DNA of 64,000 nucleotides. It comes from Verrucomicrobiales bacterium (GTDB lineage Bacteria; Verrucomicrobiota; Verrucomicrobiia; Verrucomicrobiales; SLCJ01). The notes under the pieces were generated by a model. It did no database searches. It was not told where the DNA came from and saw nothing but the letters and a program-made list of their open reading frames with translations. Location: contig JBJTQJ010000030.1 of the NCBI GenBank assembly GCA_046075565.1, forward strand, positions 32,001 to 96,000, given 5' to 3'. The first letter of the stretch is position 1; each line of letters starts with the position of its first letter. Below, in pieces: positions 20,733 through 30,678 of the stretch. Made by a program: the position numbers and the translations under genes.

Positions 20733-23301
20733 CCAACCCGGTGGTTGCGCCCCCGTGATCCCGGACCACCGGCTCCTGCGGCGGATCGGCAAGGGAGCTT
20801 ACGGCGAAGTATGGCTGGCGCGCGGTGTCACGGGAGTTCTGCGGGCCATCAAGATCGTTCGTCGCGGGGACTTTGAAGAAGAACGGACCTTCGAGCGTGA
20901 GTTCGAGGGCATTCGCGAATACGAACCCATCTCGCGCCACCACCGCGGACTGGTGCATGTGCTGCACATCGGACGCAACGAAGATGAAGGATTCTATTAT
21001 TATGTAATGGAACTCGGCGACGACGTGCAAGGCGGGCCGGCCACCAACGAGATCGAATACGAGCCGCGCACCTTGCACAGCGATGTGCTGCGTCGCGGGC
21101 GACTTCCCGTCGGTTATTGCATCACGGTTGGGGAAGTGCTCGCCGACGCGCTGGGCTATTTGCACAAGCAGGGTTTGACCCATCGCGATATCAAACCGAG
21201 CAACGTGATCTTTGTCGGAGGTGTGCCCAAACTCGCCGATATCGGACTGGTGGCGCGCAGCGGTCAACGCACTTTCGTTGGCACGCAGGGATTCACCCCG
21301 CCGGAAGGGCCGGGTTCTCCCCAGGCCGATGTTTACAGTCTCGGCATGGTGCTTTACGAGGTGAGCACGGGCAAAGACCGTTTCGATTTTCCGGAGGTGC
21401 CGGATGAACTGCCCGAGGAGGAACGTGCCGACTGGCGGAGGTTGAATGACGTGATTTGCCGGGCCTGTGACCCGGAAGTCGAGCGGCGTCATGCCGACGG
21501 AAATGTGCTGGGCATCGATCTCGGCGCGCTTGCCGCCGGACGCGAGCCGCCCATGGCCGAAAAGAAATGGCGAACGCCCGTGCTTGCCGCCGTCGCATTG
21601 GTCACGGTCGTCGCGACCTTTTCAGCGCTCTGGCCGACCCAGCCGCCCACTCCGCTTCCGGTGGTTTCGCAGCCGCCGGTTGTCGACAAACCCACCACCG
21701 GTTCGGTGCGTATCTTCACCACGCCGGGAGGAGCGGAAATCCTCTTCGAAGGAGAAAGCATCGGCCAGACTCCGCAAACACTTGACGATTTGCCTCCGGG
21801 TCCGGTGCGTTTCATGTTGCGTCTCGAGGGTTATCGCGCCGCCAACATGGAAGCCGAAGTCCATCCCGGCGAAACCGTCGTCGTGGCCCACGAACTCGAA
21901 TTTTACAAACCACCGGTGGCAGGCCAACCATGGGTGAATCAACTCGGAATGGAGTTCAGTCCGAGCGGGCGCAACCACGCCGGCACCGGACCCGTCACGT
22001 GGAAACAATTCGAGTCCTTCGCAACCTCCGCCGGCAAGGGGCTGGCCTTTGAAAAAGCGGAATGGAAAAAGCCGGATGGGGAAAACGAAACGCTCGTGCT
22101 GGCCAGTCGTGAGGTGGCCGAGCGATTCTGCGCCTGGTTGTTGCAGCGCGGGCGCGAGCTTGGATTCCTCGGGCCCGAACATTACTATTCCCACGCCCGG
22201 GGCGATGCACTGCCACCCATCCAAGGACAAGGCGGAAAAGAGTTGACCCCTATTGTTTGCTCGGTGCGCAGTTTCCTCTATGGCGGATTGATGGTGAGCA
22301 GCCAACCCGAGGGCGCGGAAGTCTGGGAATTGCCCGCCCGCAGGTTCCTCGGTCGCACTCCATTGCGCATTGATCGGTTGGTGCCCGGTCGCCAGGCCTT
22401 TGAAATCCGCCTCGAAGGTCACGAGAAACAACAAGCCACCGTCGCAGTGAAGGCGGAGGAAACAAGTGAACTCGCTCTCGTGCTGCGGCCAAGCAAAGGG
22501 GTGATCTTCGGCCGGGAATGGAAAAACAGCCTCGGGATGGGATTCCAGCCAGTCGGTGACCTCATGGTGGCCACCACCGAAACCAGGGTAGCCGATTGGC
22601 AAGCTTATCGCGCCGCCACCGGTGCGGCCGCCGCCAGCACCAGTTTCCGCCAGCGGGCTGATGAACCGGTCGCGGGCGTGAGCCGCACCGACGCCATCGC
22701 ATTCTGCGTCTGGATGACCAACACCGAACGCGGGCAAGGATTCATCCAGGACAATCACCGCTACCGTCTCCCCACCGATGCCGAATGGTCGCGCTTCGCC
22801 GGCTTGACCGAGGAGCCCGGATTGTCGCCCCACCAACTCGATGGACAAGACCGCGGCGTCTTCCCTTGGGGCACGCAATGGCCTCCATCAGCCAACGCCG
22901 GAAACTTCGCCGATGAAACAGCCCGTGCCCGGCTTCCCCGCGGCACATCCATCATCACCGGCTACCGTGATGGCTTCATCAACACTTCTCCCGTCGCCAC
23001 CTTCACGCCCAATCCTTTGAAATTGCACGACCTCGGCGGCAACGTTTGGGAATGGGTCGGCGATGACTATGGAGGCGATCCCGCCAACCCCGCTTCAAGC
23101 TGGGCTGTCTGTCGGGGTGGCAGTTGGGCCGATGGCAAACGCGATGACCTTCTCGTTTCGATGCGTAATATTCTCAAGGCCGATTATCGCGGTGATGGCC
23201 TTTACGGTTTCCGAATGGTGCTCCAGCGCGAAGGCGATCTTGATGTTGCCCCTGAACTGTTCCCACTTGTTCCGGCATTGCCATCACCCCCAAGTCCATG
23301 A
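20716..23301 (+). CDS. Transmembrane Ser/Thr kinase with two PEGA domains and FGE-sulfatase-like domain
   Basis: IGKGAYGEV, AIK, HRDIKPSN, DIG, DVYSLG; TM; PEGA repeats; YRLPTDAEW, LHDLGGNVWEW, RGGSW, YGFR. Confidence 0.93.
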   Translation: MASSSDQPGGCAPVIPDHRLLRRIGKGAYGEVWLARGVTGVLRAIKIVRRGDFEEERTFEREFEGIREYEPISRHHRGLVHVLHIGRNEDEGFYYYVMELGDDVQGGPATNEIEYEPRTLHSDVLRRGRLPVGYCITVGEVLADALGYLHKQGLTHRDIKPSNVIFVGGVPKLADIGLVARSGQRTFVGTQGFTPPEGPGSPQADVYSLGMVLYEVSTGKDRFDFPEVPDELPEEERADWRRLNDVICRACDPEVERRHADGNVLGIDLGALAAGREPPMAEKKWRTPVLAAVALVTVVATFSALWPTQPPTPLPVVSQPPVVDKPTTGSVRIFTTPGGAEILFEGESIGQTPQTLDDLPPGPVRFMLRLEGYRAANMEAEVHPGETVVVAHELEFYKPPVAGQPWVNQLGMEFSPSGRNHAGTGPVTWKQFESFATSAGKGLAFEKAEWKKPDGENETLVLASREVAERFCAWLLQRGRELGFLGPEHYYSHARGDALPPIQGQGGKELTPIVCSVRSFLYGGLMVSSQPEGAEVWELPARRFLGRTPLRIDRLVPGRQAFEIRLEGHEKQQATVAVKAEETSELALVLRPSKGVIFGREWKNSLGMGFQPVGDLMVATTETRVADWQAYRAATGAAAASTSFRQRADEPVAGVSRTDAIAFCVWMTNTERGQGFIQDNHRYRLPTDAEWSRFAGLTEEPGLSPHQLDGQDRGVFPWGTQWPPSANAGNFADETARARLPRGTSIITGYRDGFINTSPVATFTPNPLKLHDLGGNVWEWVGDDYGGDPANPASSWAVCRGGSWADGKRDDLLVSMRNILKADYRGDGLYGFRMVLQREGDLDVAPELFPLVPALPSPPSP

Positions 23302-23918
23302 TTTCCCCCCGGTCCTACGCCATAATTCTCCTTGTTCCCTTCCTGCTCGTCTCTTGCGGGCCGCCCGCGAGATTGAAGCGGGAAGCCGTGGCCATCGCGG
23401 GCCGTGCCACCGCCCCCTCGGGTGGAGTGAAGCGAAAAGAGGTGCAGCAGGTATGTTGGGAACTCTCCCGCCAGGGGCTGCGTTATTCCTTCGGTTCGGT
23501 GCGACCGGAGACCGGCGGTCTCGATTGCTCCGGAACCGTGCATTACGTGTTATCACGTGTCGGCTACCGCAGTGTGCCACGCCAGTCGAATCACCAGTAT
23601 TATTGGGTGAAGGAATACGGAAACATGAATCACGAGAGCAGTCTGACCGAATCGGTGCTGCGGAGACTGAAGCCCGGCGACCTGCTCTTCTGGAGTGGAA
23701 CCTACCGCACTGGAAAACGCTGGCCTAACATCTCCCATGTAATGTTCTACAGTGGACGCGACCCGAAAAGCGGGACGCACTACATGTTCGGCGGTCGCTC
23801 GGGCGGGCGCCGGGGCCTCAATGGTTCCGAAATCGATTTCTTCGTCCTGCGTCCCGGCGAAAGCGAGGGCAGATCAGGAAAATTCGTCGGCTATGGCCGT
23901 CCGCCGGGTTTGCGGTGA
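23298..23918 (+). CDS. NlpC/P60 family lipoprotein
   Basis: Lipobox LVSC; YSFG...GLDCSG, LKPGDLLFW, ISHVMFY; ATGA overlap with kinase. Confidence 0.88.
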   Translation: MISPRSYAIILLVPFLLVSCGPPARLKREAVAIAGRATAPSGGVKRKEVQQVCWELSRQGLRYSFGSVRPETGGLDCSGTVHYVLSRVGYRSVPRQSNHQYYWVKEYGNMNHESSLTESVLRRLKPGDLLFWSGTYRTGKRWPNISHVMFYSGRDPKSGTHYMFGGRSGGRRGLNGSEIDFFVLRPGESEGRSGKFVGYGRPPGLR

Positions 23919-23935
23919 GTCTCCCCGCCAACCGA

Positions 23936-25108
23936 TCACTTCTTCGGGCCGATCACGACCTTGCGCGATCCGTCCTGGTTGATAACGGTCATTTGGCCCC
24001 CGGTCTCCTTGGCCATGACCTTCATTGGTTCCAAGGCTTTCGGTTCCATCATCGAAATGCAGTTGATGACAACTTTTGATGCTCCCGTTTTGGCGCGCCT
24101 GGCAATCGTCTTTGCCGTATCCATGCTGCGGTCTCCGGCCACGCCGTCGGTCATGAAATAGATCACGTCCGGCCTCGGATTGGCATCAAGGGCGATTTCG
24201 AGGGGATCATCCCAGTCCGTGCCGTAAATCAGGCGCGACTCCGCGATGTGTTTGACCGATTCCCTCACGTTGCTGCTGCTGGCATCAATCCATTTCACGC
24301 TGGGGAGCTTGCCTGATTTCAGCTTCCAGTCATTCGCGCCCTTCACACTGATCCAATTGTAAGTCTCATTGTCGTGTCCTTGGACGACGGCGCGCTCCTT
24401 GCCACCGACGTTTTGGATATCTTCACCCGCGAACCAGACCGGGCCAGCGAAGAAGATCAACGAATAGCTGATGCCGGGCTTGAGTTCCTTGATGCTCTTG
24501 GTCAGTTCTTTCCGCATCATCGGGTCCCGTGGTCCTTTCATGGAGGCCGAATAGTCGATCACAAAGGCCACACGGCTGGCTGTGGAGGTTTGTCCAAAGA
24601 AGCCCACTTTTCCGCCCGTGCCGGAGCCGGTTCCACCGAATCCGAGGCCCAGGCCCACTCCCGAACCCGTGCCGATATTGGCGAGATTGGAATCAGTGTT
24701 GACGGTGGGCACGAAGGCCGTCGCCGACGGAGCATGTGAACTGATCAGACGCGCGCTGGCGCTGGCCGCCGAAGGTTTGGATTTGACCGTCGCCTGGGTC
24801 GGTGATTGTTCGGTGATCTGATCCGAGGGAGGGTTGATGGTCTTTGCCTGAATCTCCGGCACGTCAACAGGCAGGCTGGGCAGGATAATCAAAGTGAGGA
24901 TGAGAATCAGGATGACGTGCACCATGACCGTGATCACGAGAGAGGAAATCTTGGCCCCCCGCTCGGATCGCTTTTTGACGGCAGCGCTTTGCTCCGAATC
25001 CAGTGTTTCGTGATGTTGGGGTGCATGGCCAGATCCTGCCCATGCGGGCGTGAAGCCATCACCGGAGGGCAACGAGTGTGTCGGAGGCGGGAGAGGGGAT
25101 TTGGGCAT
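23936..25108 (-). CDS. Membrane-anchored vWA-domain protein
   Basis: TM helix, Pro/Ser linker, Gly-rich spacer, VIDYSASM (MIDAS), YFMTDG. Confidence 0.8.
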   Translation of the reverse strand: MPKSPLPPPTHSLPSGDGFTPAWAGSGHAPQHHETLDSEQSAAVKKRSERGAKISSLVITVMVHVILILILTLIILPSLPVDVPEIQAKTINPPSDQITEQSPTQATVKSKPSAASASARLISSHAPSATAFVPTVNTDSNLANIGTGSGVGLGLGFGGTGSGTGGKVGFFGQTSTASRVAFVIDYSASMKGPRDPMMRKELTKSIKELKPGISYSLIFFAGPVWFAGEDIQNVGGKERAVVQGHDNETYNWISVKGANDWKLKSGKLPSVKWIDASSSNVRESVKHIAESRLIYGTDWDDPLEIALDANPRPDVIYFMTDGVAGDRSMDTAKTIARRAKTGASKVVINCISMMEPKALEPMKVMAKETGGQMTVINQDGSRKVVIGPKK

Positions 25109-25294
25109 AGATGTCTGGGTTTTGGGGTGAGTTTTGAGTGAAAATACGAAATCACACCCTGCCGGACAACGAAAAAATTGCCGAGGAGGTCGGCGTGCCG
25201 GCGGCGCACCCGCTTAAATAAGCAAAAGACGGGGGCACTTTTCCCTTTTTCGGCCGAAAAAGGGCTCAAAGTGGCTGGATCCGCTGCTATCCGG

Positions 25295-28200
25295 TTAATC
25301 TGCGACGAGGCGGACGAGGAGGTCTTTGGCCGCAACATTCTCTCCGGCTCCGACCTCGACCGCCTCCACCACCCCGTCGGTCGGGGAGGTGACGGTGGTG
25401 AACATTTTCATGGCTTCCAGGGTAACCAGCGGGTCGCCTGTCTGCACTTTGGAGCCGACGGAAACCGCCACGGAGGCCACCATACCGGGCATGGGAGCGC
25501 CGATTTCGCCCGGTTTGGCCGGGTCGGCCTGCGGCCGCCTCACCACCTCGCGGGCGATGGATTTGTCCACGATTTCCGTGGTGCGGGCGAGACCGTTCAA
25601 TTCGAAATGCACGGGCCGTGAGCCGCTGGCATGGGGCTCGCCGACATGGTGCAGTTTCACGATGAGGGTCTTTCCTTCCTCGATCTCCACGTTCATTTCC
25701 TCACCGGGCGCGAGGCCGTAATAATAAGCAGGCGTCGGCAGCACCGAGACATCGGAGTGGCGTTTGCGGTGGTCTTCGAAGTCGAGGAAGACCTGCGGAT
25801 ACATCAGGTAGGACCAGACATCATCCTCGCCGGGTTGGCGGTGGATTTTCTTCGCGAGCTCCGTCCGGGTGGCCTCGAAGTCAACCGTCTCGGCATAAAG
25901 TCCGGGTCGTTTGTTCCGGATCTGCACCCGTTCGCCACAAATCTTGCGCACGAGTTTTTTCGGGAACCCTCCGGGCGGCTGGCCGAGTCCGCCGGAAAGC
26001 ATGTCGATGACACTCTCGGGGAAACTGGTTCCATCAGGCAAGTTGATCACGTCCTTGGCCTTCACGCCTTTGGCGATGAGGAACATGGTCATGTCGCCCA
26101 CGACCTTGGAGGAAGGCGTGACTTTCACGATGTCGCCGAAGAGTTCGTTTACTTCCGCGTAGGTGCGGGCAATTTCCGGCCATCGGTGGGCAAGGCCCAT
26201 GGCAGCGGCCTGTTCCTTGAGGTTGGTGTATTGACCGCCCGGCATTTCGTGGAGATAAACTTCCGCCGTGCCGTAGGGTTCGGCGGTATCGAACGGCTTG
26301 TAGAATGAACGCACGTCCGCCCAGTAGTCTGAGAACTCGTTGAGGGCTCCGATGTCGAGGCCGGTCGCCCGCGGGGTGTGCTCGAGGGCCGCGACGAGGC
26401 TGTTGAGATTCGGTTGGGAGGTGCCGCCCGACATCGAGGCAATGGCCGCATCGGCGATATCCACGCCCGCTTCGGCGGCCTTGAGGATAGAGGCGGCGTT
26501 GAGGCCTGAGGTATCGTGGGTGTGGAAGTGAATGGGCAGGGCGGTTTCGGCTTTGAGGGCCTTGATCAATTTGACGGCGGCGTAGGGTTTGCAAAGCCCG
26601 GCCATGTCCTTGATACAAAGCAGGTGTGCTCCCATTTTCTCCAGTTCCTTGGCCAGGCGCACGTAGTATTCGAGCGCATATTTGTCTCGGCGCGAATCGA
26701 GGATGTCGCCGGTATAACAAATGGCTGCTTCACAAAGGGCATGGGTGCCGCGCACCGCTTCCATGGCCGCCTTGAGGTTGGGCAGGTAGTTGAGCGAATC
26801 GAAAATACGGAAGATGTCCATGCCGCGGGCGGCGGCGTGTTTGACAAATCCGGCCACGACATTGTCGGGGTAGTTGGTGTAACCAACGGCATTCGAGCCG
26901 CGGAAGAGCATCTGGAAACAAATGTTCGGCACCGCCTCACGCAGTTGTTCCAATCGTTGCCATGGATCTTCCTTGAGGAAGCGCATCGCGGTGTCAAAGG
27001 TTGCGCCGCCCCACATCTCCATCGAGAACAAGTCCGGAGCGCGATGGGCAACCGCGCGTGCGACGTGCAGCATGTCGTAGGTGCGCACGCGCGTGGCCAG
27101 CAGCGACTGGTGGGCATCACGGAACGTCGTGTCGGTCAACAGAAGTCGTTTCTGCTTTCCGACCCAAGCGGCGAATTTCTCCGCCCCCATTTCCAAGAGC
27201 ATGTCGCGGGTGCCTTTGGGTGGAAGCGCCGGCACCGGACCAGCGGCGGGCACAACCGGAACCGATTTGGCCGGCAGGTAGGGGATGGAAGGTTTGAATC
27301 CTTTGGCATTCGGGTTGCCATTCACGATGACATTGCCGAGGAACGAGAGCAGTCGGCTGGCCCGATCGCGTTTGGCCTTGAACTGGAAAAGCTCCGGTGT
27401 CGTGTCGATGAGCCTGGTCGTGGCTTTCCCGGTGCGGAAAAGTTCGTGATGGATCACGTTTTCCAGGAAAGGAATATTGGTCTTCACGCCCCGGATGCGG
27501 AATTCCTTGAGGGCGCGATCAACCCGCTGGATGGCGAGATTGAAGTTGCCCGCGCGGGCGGTCAACTTGACGAGCAACGAATCGTAGTAAGGCGTGATGG
27601 TCGCTCCGCCGGTGGCCATGGCTCCATCGAGGCGGATGCCGAGTCCGGCGGGGGAGCGGTAGGTGAGGATGGTGCCGGTGTCGGGAGCAAACGCCTTTTC
27701 CGGATCCTCGGTAGTGATGCGGCACTGGATGGCATAACCAAAACGCGGAATGTCCGCCTGCGCGGGTATTCCGATTTCCGGGCCGTGCAACTTTGCACCG
27801 GTGGCGACGAGGATTTGCGAGCGCACGAGATCGACATTCGTGATCTCTTCGGTCACGGTGTGTTCGACCTGGATCCGCGGGTTCATCTCGATGAAGAAAT
27901 ACGGGGAAACACGCGCATCGCCGGTGAAGGAATAACGATCTGCTTCGACTGCATCCATATCCACGAGGAACTCCACCGTTCCGGCATTCTGATACCCGAT
28001 ACCGCTGGCAAGGCGGGCGGCGGCTTCACACAATTCTACCCGCAGGCGATCATCAAGGCCGACCGATGGGGCGATCTCGATGACCTTCTGGTGGCGGCGT
28101 TGCACGGAACAATCACGCTCGTGCAGATGCACGACATTGCCGTGGCGGTCGCCGAGGATCTGCACCTCGATGTGTTTGGCGCGGGCGATGTAGCGCTCGA

Positions 28201-28798
28201 GGAAGACCTCGTCGTTGTCGAAGGCTGATTTCGCCTCGGCGCGGGCTTCATCGAGTTTGGTAGCAAGTTCGCCCTCCGCATTCACGATGCGCATGCCGCG
28301 CCCGCCGCCGCCATGGGCAGCTTTGATGATGAGGGGAAATCCGATCTTCCGGGCGATGGCCAGCGCCTCCTTGCGATCGGCCACCGGATAGTCGGTGCCG
28401 GGAAGCGTGGGAAGCCCCGCTTTGTCGGCCAGAGTCCGCGCGGCCATCTTGTCTCCCATTTGCGAGAGCAATTTCGGATCGGGACCGATGAAGGTGATGC
28501 CGGCTTCCGCGCAGGCACGGGCGAATTTCGCGTTTTCAGAAAGGAATCCGTAACCGGGGTGGATGGCATCCACGCCCTTTTCCTTGGCGAGGCCCACGAT
28601 GCCGGGGATGTCCAGATAGGCTCCAACCGGGCCTTTGGTGGGGTCCAATTGATAGGCCTCGTCGGCTTTGAACCGGTGGACGGAAAATCGATCCTCGCGG
28701 GCATAGATGGCGACGGTGCGGATACCGAGTTCGCTGGCCGCGCGGAAGATGCGGATGGCGATTTCGGAACGATTGGCGGCGAGGATTTTCCGGAACAT
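25295..28798 (-). CDS. pyc: Pyruvate carboxylase
   Basis: ANRSEIA, HPGYGFLSE, RDCSVQRRHQK, RDAHQSL, HFHTHDT, VKVTPSSK, biotinyl EAMKM. Confidence 0.98.
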   Translation of the reverse strand: MFRKILAANRSEIAIRIFRAASELGIRTVAIYAREDRFSVHRFKADEAYQLDPTKGPVGAYLDIPGIVGLAKEKGVDAIHPGYGFLSENAKFARACAEAGITFIGPDPKLLSQMGDKMAARTLADKAGLPTLPGTDYPVADRKEALAIARKIGFPLIIKAAHGGGGRGMRIVNAEGELATKLDEARAEAKSAFDNDEVFLERYIARAKHIEVQILGDRHGNVVHLHERDCSVQRRHQKVIEIAPSVGLDDRLRVELCEAAARLASGIGYQNAGTVEFLVDMDAVEADRYSFTGDARVSPYFFIEMNPRIQVEHTVTEEITNVDLVRSQILVATGAKLHGPEIGIPAQADIPRFGYAIQCRITTEDPEKAFAPDTGTILTYRSPAGLGIRLDGAMATGGATITPYYDSLLVKLTARAGNFNLAIQRVDRALKEFRIRGVKTNIPFLENVIHHELFRTGKATTRLIDTTPELFQFKAKRDRASRLLSFLGNVIVNGNPNAKGFKPSIPYLPAKSVPVVPAAGPVPALPPKGTRDMLLEMGAEKFAAWVGKQKRLLLTDTTFRDAHQSLLATRVRTYDMLHVARAVAHRAPDLFSMEMWGGATFDTAMRFLKEDPWQRLEQLREAVPNICFQMLFRGSNAVGYTNYPDNVVAGFVKHAAARGMDIFRIFDSLNYLPNLKAAMEAVRGTHALCEAAICYTGDILDSRRDKYALEYYVRLAKELEKMGAHLLCIKDMAGLCKPYAAVKLIKALKAETALPIHFHTHDTSGLNAASILKAAEAGVDIADAAIASMSGGTSQPNLNSLVAALEHTPRATGLDIGALNEFSDYWADVRSFYKPFDTAEPYGTAEVYLHEMPGGQYTNLKEQAAAMGLAHRWPEIARTYAEVNELFGDIVKVTPSSKVVGDMTMFLIAKGVKAKDVINLPDGTSFPESVIDMLSGGLGQPPGGFPKKLVRKICGERVQIRNKRPGLYAETVDFEATRTELAKKIHRQPGEDDVWSYLMYPQVFLDFEDHRKRHSDVSVLPTPAYYYGLAPGEEMNVEIEEGKTLIVKLHHVGEPHASGSRPVHFELNGLARTTEIVDKSIAREVVRRPQADPAKPGEIGAPMPGMVASVAVSVGSKVQTGDPLVTLEAMKMFTTVTSPTDGVVEAVEVGAGENVAAKDLLVRLVAD

Positions 28799-28918
28799 GG
28801 TCGGCGGGTGTGGGGGAGGCCATGAAACCCCATTTTTGCCAATTCGCCAGTGGAAAAAGATGCCCCGCATCCGGTTTGTGCGGAATGCAGGGCGTGAGCG
28901 GTCGATTTTGCGGCAATC

Positions 28919-30415
28919 TCACCGGTTCATGCTGCCGGTCTCCAGGAAACGCTGGTGCATGACGAAGGCGCTGGCGAGCGTCTGGGGCGTGTGCCCGGCC
29001 GCCACACCGTGGAGGTAGGAATCGAGTTCGTCCCGGTAGGAAGGGTGAACGCAATTCTTGATGATCTCGTCGCCGCGTTCGGTCGGGTCTTTGCCGCGGA
29101 GATCGGCAATGCCCTGTTCGGTGATGAGCACCTGCACGCTGTGTTCGCTGTGATCCATGTGGCTGACCAGTGGCACGACCGTGCTGATGTTCCCGCCCTT
29201 GGCGACGGACGGACAAGTGAAGATGGAAATGAAGGCGTTGCGGGTAAAATCCCCGGAGCCGCCGATGCCGTTCATGAGGTCCGCGCCCATGACGTGGGTG
29301 CTATTCACGTTTCCGAAGATGTCGACTTCAATGGCGGTGTTGATGGAAATGATCCCGAGGCGCCGGATGAGTTCGGGATTGTTGGAAATCTCCTGCGGGC
29401 GCAGCACCATGCGATGCTTGAAGAACTCGAGGTTCTCATAAATCTCCGTGAGCAGGGAGGGGGAGACCGTGAGTGATGTTCCGCTGGCGAAAGTGATGTC
29501 ACCGCTTTTCATCAATTCGATCACCGAGTCCTGCACGACTTCGGAGAACATCTCGAACGGCGGGATATCTGGGTTGGCACCCGTGGCCCCGAGCACGGCG
29601 TTGGCAATATTGCCCACGCCGGATTGGATGGGGAGAAAGGATTTCGGGATGCGTCCGGCGGCCAATTCGGCGCCGAGGAAACGCGCCACATTTTCGCCGA
29701 TGCCCGCCGTGATCGGGTCGGTATCTTTGAATCCGGCCACTTCATCGGGCCGGTTGGTCCGCACGATGCCGATGATCTTGTCCGAATCGACCCGCACTGC
29801 ACGGCTGCCGATGCGATCGCGCACCGTCACCATCGGGATGGGCTGGCGGTGGGGAGGATCGTAAGGTTCATAGATGTCGTGAAGACTACGAAGGGCGACC
29901 GGATGGTATTCGTTCAACTCGATGAGGATTTTATCGGCGACATGGCAGAAGGTGGGAGCAGCACCGACCGACGTGGTGAGCACGATTTGCCCATCGGCGG
30001 TCACGTCGCAGGCTTCGACGATGGCCAGATCGAATTTGCCGAGGAATCCATAGCGCACGTTTTGCGGCAACACCGAAATGTGCATGTCGAAGAAATGGGT
30101 TTTGCCAGCGTTGATGCTCTTGCGCAGGGACTTGTCGGACTGGTAAGGCGTGCGCCAGGAAATCGCGTCGGCGCGGGCCAGTTCGCCATCGAGGGAATCT
30201 CCGGTCGAGGCTCCGGTCACGACACCAGTCTTGAATTCACGTCCGGCTTTATGTTCGGCGCGGGCGCGGGCTGCGATGGCCTGCGGGATGCTCTTGGCGG
30301 CGCCGGCGGGAGTGAATCCGCTGAAGCCGATGGTCATGCCATGTTGGACATGTTCGGCGGCTTCCGCGGGGGTGAGGTCCGGAAATCTTCTGGGAGTGCT
30401 GCGTTTGTAAGACAT
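28919..30415 (-). CDS. Succinate CoA-transferase / acetyl-CoA hydrolase family (ScpC/AarC-like)
   Basis: [40 protein letters not shown]. Confidence 0.93.
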   Translation of the reverse strand: MSYKRSTPRRFPDLTPAEAAEHVQHGMTIGFSGFTPAGAAKSIPQAIAARARAEHKAGREFKTGVVTGASTGDSLDGELARADAISWRTPYQSDKSLRKSINAGKTHFFDMHISVLPQNVRYGFLGKFDLAIVEACDVTADGQIVLTTSVGAAPTFCHVADKILIELNEYHPVALRSLHDIYEPYDPPHRQPIPMVTVRDRIGSRAVRVDSDKIIGIVRTNRPDEVAGFKDTDPITAGIGENVARFLGAELAAGRIPKSFLPIQSGVGNIANAVLGATGANPDIPPFEMFSEVVQDSVIELMKSGDITFASGTSLTVSPSLLTEIYENLEFFKHRMVLRPQEISNNPELIRRLGIISINTAIEVDIFGNVNSTHVMGADLMNGIGGSGDFTRNAFISIFTCPSVAKGGNISTVVPLVSHMDHSEHSVQVLITEQGIADLRGKDPTERGDEIIKNCVHPSYRDELDSYLHGVAAGHTPQTLASAFVMHQRFLETGSMNR

Positions 30416-30450
30416 GGGGAGCTAAGGTTCGTGTTGTGTTTGGCGATTGT

Positions 30451-30678
30451 TCAGTGCCCTCCGCGGAGCATGGCGAGGAAATATCCGGCCGCCAGCGCGG
30501 TGCCGATGACTCCTGCGACGTTCGGGCCCATGGCATGCATAAGCAGGTAGTTGTGGGGATCGTATTTCTGTCCTTCCACATGGCTGACTCGTGCGGCCAT
30601 GGGGACGGCGGAAACTCCCGCCGAACCGATGAGCGGATTGATTTTGTCCTTGAGGAAAAGATTCATGAATTTCGCCAT
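30451..30678 (-). pseudogene. 3' remnant (about 75 codons) of a Na+-translocating decarboxylase beta subunit (OadB/MmdB)
   Basis: [31 protein letters not shown]...[21 protein letters not shown]; upstream sequence is the mutase antisense strand. Confidence 0.9.

Noticed and set aside
23100..23230. FGE-type C-terminus as a diversity-generating retroelement target
   Set aside because: No reverse transcriptase and no template-repeat copy seen in the window
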